Shown in pieces: positions 20,669-24,000 of a DNA stretch of 24,000 nucleotides. Each line of letters opens with the position of its first letter. Position 1 is the stretch's first letter. This DNA comes from Cognatazoarcus halotolerans (lineage in GTDB: Bacteria; Pseudomonadota; Gammaproteobacteria; Burkholderiales; Rhodocyclaceae). Location: positions 84,299 through 108,298 of the forward strand of contig NZ_WUAF01000002.1 of assembly GCF_009800965.1 (NCBI RefSeq), written 5' to 3'. Under the pieces are notes generated by a model. That model saw only the letters and a list, made by a program, of their open reading frames with translations, ran no database searches and was not told the origin of the DNA. The translations under genes were made by a program, and so were the position numbers.

Positions 20669-20762
20669 GCTCGTGTAAACCCCGTCGGGGCGGTGAAGGC
20701 AAAGGCGGGATTATAGCGGAGCCGCAGGGCCCTTCCGGCGGCGATTGCTGCGCCGCAGGGGA

Positions 20763-21221
20763 TTAGTCGCGGATGTCCTGCGGAAGCTCGTCGAGCATTT
20801 GTGCAATGCAGCCCGAAATCTCGGGGATCAGGGTGGCACGCATGTGCGCCAGTGCCTGGATGCGGATCCGGTCCGTCATGGTGTCGAACTCGCGCGAGAT
20901 GATCTGCGGTAGCTCGTCGGCGAGCCATTCCTCGACGCTTCGCTGGATGCTGGCATCCAGTTCGATTATGCGCTCGGCGATCCGTGCCTCGAGCGCAGTG
21001 CCGGCGGCGTTGGTGGCGTCCGGCTCTGCACCGGCAACCGGAGGTGGCCCTGCAGCGGCAGGCGTGCCGGGGAGTTCCACGACATCGGTCAGTACCGGAA
21101 GATCGTCAATGTCGTCGCCGCCTCGATGCCGACGGATCAGCGCGTCGGCCTTGCCGAGCAGCAGGTCGGCGGTCTCGAGCTCCTCCGGCAGTGGAGGCTC
21201 GTCTTGCGGGCGGAAGCTCAT
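20763..21221 (-). CDS. Hypothetical acidic protein (152 aa), translationally coupled to holC
   Basis: The ATG overlaps the holC TGA (ATGA at 21221-21218). A GAGG RBS lies inside the holC 3' end. Codon usage looks coding. The product has an acidic N-terminus (DEPPLPEELETADLL), a Pro/Ala-rich linker and a C-terminal helical region. I recognise no family. Confidence 0.6.
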   Translation of the reverse strand: MSFRPQDEPPLPEELETADLLLGKADALIRRHRGGDDIDDLPVLTDVVELPGTPAAAGPPPVAGAEPDATNAAGTALEARIAERIIELDASIQRSVEEWLADELPQIISREFDTMTDRIRIQALAHMRATLIPEISGCIAQMLDELPQDIRD

Positions 21222-21649
21222 TCGCTACCTCGCTTGGCGAGATCGTGTGGGATCGGCTCGAATCCGGCCGACTTGTAGCTGCGCCAGCGCTCGCGCGCCG
21301 CCGCGCGATCGGCATCGTCGGGGCCGACCACTTCCATCAGCATCGAGAACGCGGCGTGCTCGGCGGGCAGGTCGTTTCCCAGGTTGAGCAATACGTCGTG
21401 ATGCGGCCATTTTGCCTCGGCATGGCCGATCACGATCGGAGTTTCGGGTGCGAGCGGCGAGTCCGCCATCACGTGCGGGACGAAGGCGAGCTGGTCGAAA
21501 GTCCACAGCAACTGGTCGAAGCGACGGGCGAGCGTCGTGTCGGGGATGCGCACCGCCAGCCGCCGCCCGGCGCCGCAGGCGCGCTGGGCAATGCGGCACG
21601 CGGCGGCAAGCCGGTCAGGGGCGTTGTGATAGAAGTGGATCTCGGTCAC
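21218..21649 (-). CDS. holC: DNA polymerase III subunit chi
   Basis: A GTG start (cac at 21647-21649) lies 15 nt after the pepA stop. The 143-aa product (TEIHFYHNAP...FVPHV...AARERWRSYKSAGF) parallels E. coli HolC (…FYLL…FVPHN…ARERYKAYRVAGF). The long upstream part of the track ORF overlaps pepA and is rejected. Confidence 0.85.
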   Translation of the reverse strand: MTEIHFYHNAPDRLAAACRIAQRACGAGRRLAVRIPDTTLARRFDQLLWTFDQLAFVPHVMADSPLAPETPIVIGHAEAKWPHHDVLLNLGNDLPAEHAAFSMLMEVVGPDDADRAAARERWRSYKSAGFEPIPHDLAKRGSE

Positions 21650-21663
21650 GCGGATGCGGCCGT

Positions 21664-23163
21664 TCAGCCGGTCCTGCCCTCGGCACGGCCGATGATGAAC
21701 TCGGTGAGCAGCGGTACCGGGCGGCCGGTCGCACCCTTCGCATCCCCCGAAAGCCACGCGGTCCCCGCGATGTCGAGGTGTGCCCACTTGTACGCCTTGG
21801 TAAAGCGGGCAAGGAAGCTGGCCGCGGTGATCGCTCCGCCGAAGCGTCCGCCGATGTTGGCCATGTCGGCAAAGTTGCTCTTCAGCAGGTCCTGGTATTC
21901 CTCCCACAACGGCAGCTGCCAGGCGCGATCGCCGGTGGTCTGGCCGCAGGCGAGCAGTTGCGCGGCAAGCTCGTCGTCGTTCGCCATCAGACCGCTCGGA
22001 ATCTTGCCCAGGGCGACGATGCAGGCCCCGGTGAGGGTCGCGATGTCCACCACGCAGGCCGGCTCGAAGCGCTCCGCGTAGGTCAGCGCATCGCACAGCA
22101 CCAGCCGGCCCTCGGCATCCGTATTGAGAATCTCGATGGTCTGTCCGGACATCGACGTGACCACATCACCGGGCTTGCTGGCCTTGCCGTCGGGCATGTT
22201 TTCGCTGGCCGGAATGATGCCTACGACGTTGATCGGCAAGGCCATGCGAGCCACGGCACGCAGCGTGCCGAAAACGCTGGCGGCACCGCACATGTCGTAC
22301 TTCATCTCGTCCATCTCGGCGCCAGGCTTGAGCGAGATGCCGCCGGTATCGAAGGTGATGCCCTTGCCGACGAGCACCACCGGCTTTTCCTTGGGTTTGC
22401 CGCCCTTGTACTGCATGACGATCAGTTTGGGTGGCTCGACCGAGCCCTTCGCCACCGACAACAGCGAGTGCATGCCAAGCTTTTCCATCTGCGCCTGTTC
22501 CAGCACTTCCACCTTGAGCTTGAATTCCTTGCCAAGCTTTCTGGCGGCGTCGGCCAGATAGGTGGGGGTGCAGATGTTGCCGGCAAGGTTGCCGAGATCC
22601 TTGGTCAGGGCCATCCCTTCGGCTGTTGCGCGACCACGCGTGATCGCGGTTTCCATCGCGGCGTTGACCTTGTGGCGGGTAACGAAAATCAGTTTGTGGG
22701 CGCCCTTGGCCGGCTTGTCCGATTTCTTCGCCTTGTGCAGCTCGAAGCGATAGGTGGCGTCCTTGAGCAGTCGCGCGGCCTGACTGAGCTTCCACGCCAT
22801 GTCGCGCCCGGGGACCTCGGTGTCGGTCAGGCAAAAGGCAGCATCCTCTGCGCTGCCCGAGGCGAGGATCTTCGCACTGGCGCTGATCGCGTCACGATAG
22901 GTCTTGTCGGTGAGCCCGTCGGCCGCGCCGAGCGATACCAGCAGCAGGCGCTGACAGAGCAGCCCGGGTACCGCGTGCAGCATCAACGTACTGCCGGCCT
23001 TTTCGTCGAGATCGCCCTGACCGATGATCGCGCCGATTGCGCCTTTGCACGCCTTGTCGAGCGCCGCGGCAGCGGGGCTGAGTTCCTTGTCGGCGAACAC
23101 GCCGACGACGAGGCAGCCGGTTTTGAGTTTTTCCGGGCTACTGGTCTTTATGGTAAATTCCAT
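21664..23163 (-). CDS. pepA: Leucyl aminopeptidase (M17 family)
   Basis: I chose the start at MEFTIKTSSPEKLKTGCLVVGVF (cat at 23161-23163), with an AAGGAA RBS. The 499-aa product carries the M17 signature NTDAEGRLVLCDAL and GKGITFDTGGISLKP. Confidence 0.95.
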   Translation of the reverse strand: MEFTIKTSSPEKLKTGCLVVGVFADKELSPAAAALDKACKGAIGAIIGQGDLDEKAGSTLMLHAVPGLLCQRLLLVSLGAADGLTDKTYRDAISASAKILASGSAEDAAFCLTDTEVPGRDMAWKLSQAARLLKDATYRFELHKAKKSDKPAKGAHKLIFVTRHKVNAAMETAITRGRATAEGMALTKDLGNLAGNICTPTYLADAARKLGKEFKLKVEVLEQAQMEKLGMHSLLSVAKGSVEPPKLIVMQYKGGKPKEKPVVLVGKGITFDTGGISLKPGAEMDEMKYDMCGAASVFGTLRAVARMALPINVVGIIPASENMPDGKASKPGDVVTSMSGQTIEILNTDAEGRLVLCDALTYAERFEPACVVDIATLTGACIVALGKIPSGLMANDDELAAQLLACGQTTGDRAWQLPLWEEYQDLLKSNFADMANIGGRFGGAITAASFLARFTKAYKWAHLDIAGTAWLSGDAKGATGRPVPLLTEFIIGRAEGRTG

Positions 23164-23271
23164 CGCTGTTCCTTGGAATGACGCGTCAATCGGGCCTTCG
23201 GCGATTATGGCCGCATGATTGGGTGTCGTCAAAAGCTGCCCTTAAGCTCCGACCCGACGGTTTTTCGCGCG

Positions 23272-24000
23272 ATGATCTTCGAGCGCGCCGCCCAGCGCGA
23301 ATTCGCCAACACTGCGGCTGCGGTATTCGTCGCGCTGTTTGCGATCCTTATTTCCACCGTTCTCATCCGCCTGCTTGGCCAGGCGGCGGGGGGGCGTCTG
23401 CCGTCCGATGCGGTGCTTGCGCTGATCGGCTTTGGGGCCCTTGCACAGTTGCCGATCGTGCTCTCGCTGACCCTGTTCATCGCCATCCTCACCACCTTGT
23501 CGCGCAGCTACCGTGATTCGGAAATGGTGGTGTGGTTTGCCTCCGGCGTGCCGCTCACCGCCTGGATCAGGCCGGTGTTGAAGTTCTCACTGCCTTTGGT
23601 CGTCGTGATCGCCGCCGCCACGCTGGTCATCGCCCCATGGGCCCAGCTCAAGAGTGTCGAATATCGGGAGCGCAGTACCAGCCGCGACGATGCCTCGCGC
23701 GTGGCGCCAGGCGTATTTCGCGAGTCGGCACGTGGCGAGCGGGTGTTCTTCGTCGAGATCGGGGCGGGAGATGACGGCCGGGTGCGTAATGTGTTCGTGA
23801 GTTCGATGCAGCAGGGCCGGCTCGGCGTGATGGTTTCGGCGGAGGGCTTCCTGCGTACCGATGAGCAGGGGCAGCGTTTCGTGGTGCTCGAGAACGGGCG
23901 GCGCTACGAGGGCACGCCGGGAACGGCCGATTACCGCGTGATGGAGTTCGAGCGATACGCGGTACGTATTCAGGACCGCGCGGCTGTCGAGCCGCCGCAG
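23272..24000 (+). CDS. lptF: LPS export ABC transporter permease LptF (N-terminal 243 codons; continues past the window end)
   Basis: This ORF is not in the track because it has no stop in the window; I translated it by hand. It reads MIFERAAQREFANTAAAVFVALFAILISTVLIRLLGQAAGGRLPSD...SRSYRDSEMVVWFASGV...VVLENGRRYEG and aligns in pattern with E. coli LptF (YjgP). It is divergent from pepA, as in E. coli. An in-frame ATG at 23215 is an alternative start. Confidence 0.85.
   Translation, partial: MIFERAAQREFANTAAAVFVALFAILISTVLIRLLGQAAGGRLPSDAVLALIGFGALAQLPIVLSLTLFIAILTTLSRSYRDSEMVVWFASGVPLTAWIRPVLKFSLPLVVVIAAATLVIAPWAQLKSVEYRERSTSRDDASRVAPGVFRESARGERVFFVEIGAGDDGRVRNVFVSSMQQGRLGVMVSAEGFLRTDEQGQRFVVLENGRRYEGTPGTADYRVMEFERYAVRIQDRAAVEPPQ

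Noticed and set aside
20710-20715. Perfect TATAAT (minus strand) about 42 nt upstream of the valS ATG, and a small gcggcg/cgccgc hairpin at 20738-20756 after orf152
   Set aside because: No acceptable -35 hexamer occurs at 16-18 nt spacing (ccggaa/cggaag). The hairpin has only 6 bp and no U-tract. This is not enough to call a promoter or terminator. The 9-nt direct repeat gccgcaggg (20721-20729 and 20752-20760) is too short to be meaningful.
18377-23181. 519-aa (18377..19936), 259-aa (19937..20716), 365-aa (20984..22081) and 589-aa (21412..23181) plus-strand ORFs
   Set aside because: All are antisense to valS, orf152, holC or pepA. Their composition is low-complexity and no family signatures are present.
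23178-23516. 112-aa plus-strand track ORF at the pepA-lptF junction, and the in-frame ATG at 23215 for lptF
   Set aside because: The 112-aa ORF is out of frame with the clearly LptF-like reading frame. LptF homologues start MIF..., matching the ATG at 23272, so 23215 is less likely but not excluded.

Overview
This is a high-G+C chromosomal segment; G+C was judged by eye, not computed. Gene content and protein sequences look proteobacterial, probably betaproteobacterial, which is an inference.

The centre (3.6-14.1 kb) is a complete Calvin-Benson-Bassham locus. cbbR is transcribed divergently from a minus-strand operon, cbbL-cbbS-cbbX-fbp-prk-tkt-pgk-fba. The operon encodes red-type form IC RuBisCO plus its CbbX activase and ends in a clean rho-independent terminator.

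Left of it lie:
- the 3' end of a methyl-accepting chemotaxis protein (MCP) gene
- a TlpA-like thioredoxin-fold gene followed by a canonical cupin gene
- a cupredoxin-like / FTR1 iron-permease pair preceded by a sigma70-like promoter that overlaps a Fur-box-like sequence

Right of it lie:
- an orphan receiver-HD-GYP protein
- a gamma-glutamylcyclotransferase-like gene
- a TPR + GT9-like glycosyltransferase fusion
- a small tail-anchored coiled-coil ORF
- the housekeeping block valS-orf152-holC-pepA, divergent from lptF, which runs off the right edge

I found no tRNA or rRNA genes, CRISPR arrays, transposases, integrases, phage genes or recognisable defence genes, and no convincing novel multi-gene system. 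This is mostly ordinary core genome. The features most worth follow-up are:
- the uncharacterised 152-codon ORF inserted in the conserved pepA-holC-valS block and translationally coupled to holC
- the degenerate-receiver HD-GYP gene next to cbbR
- the 66-bp convergent overlap between the TPR-GT9 gene and the small membrane ORF
- the minimal Cys-less cupredoxin/FTR1 iron uptake pair

Many long track ORFs are antisense or alternative-frame shadows typical of high-GC DNA and were rejected.
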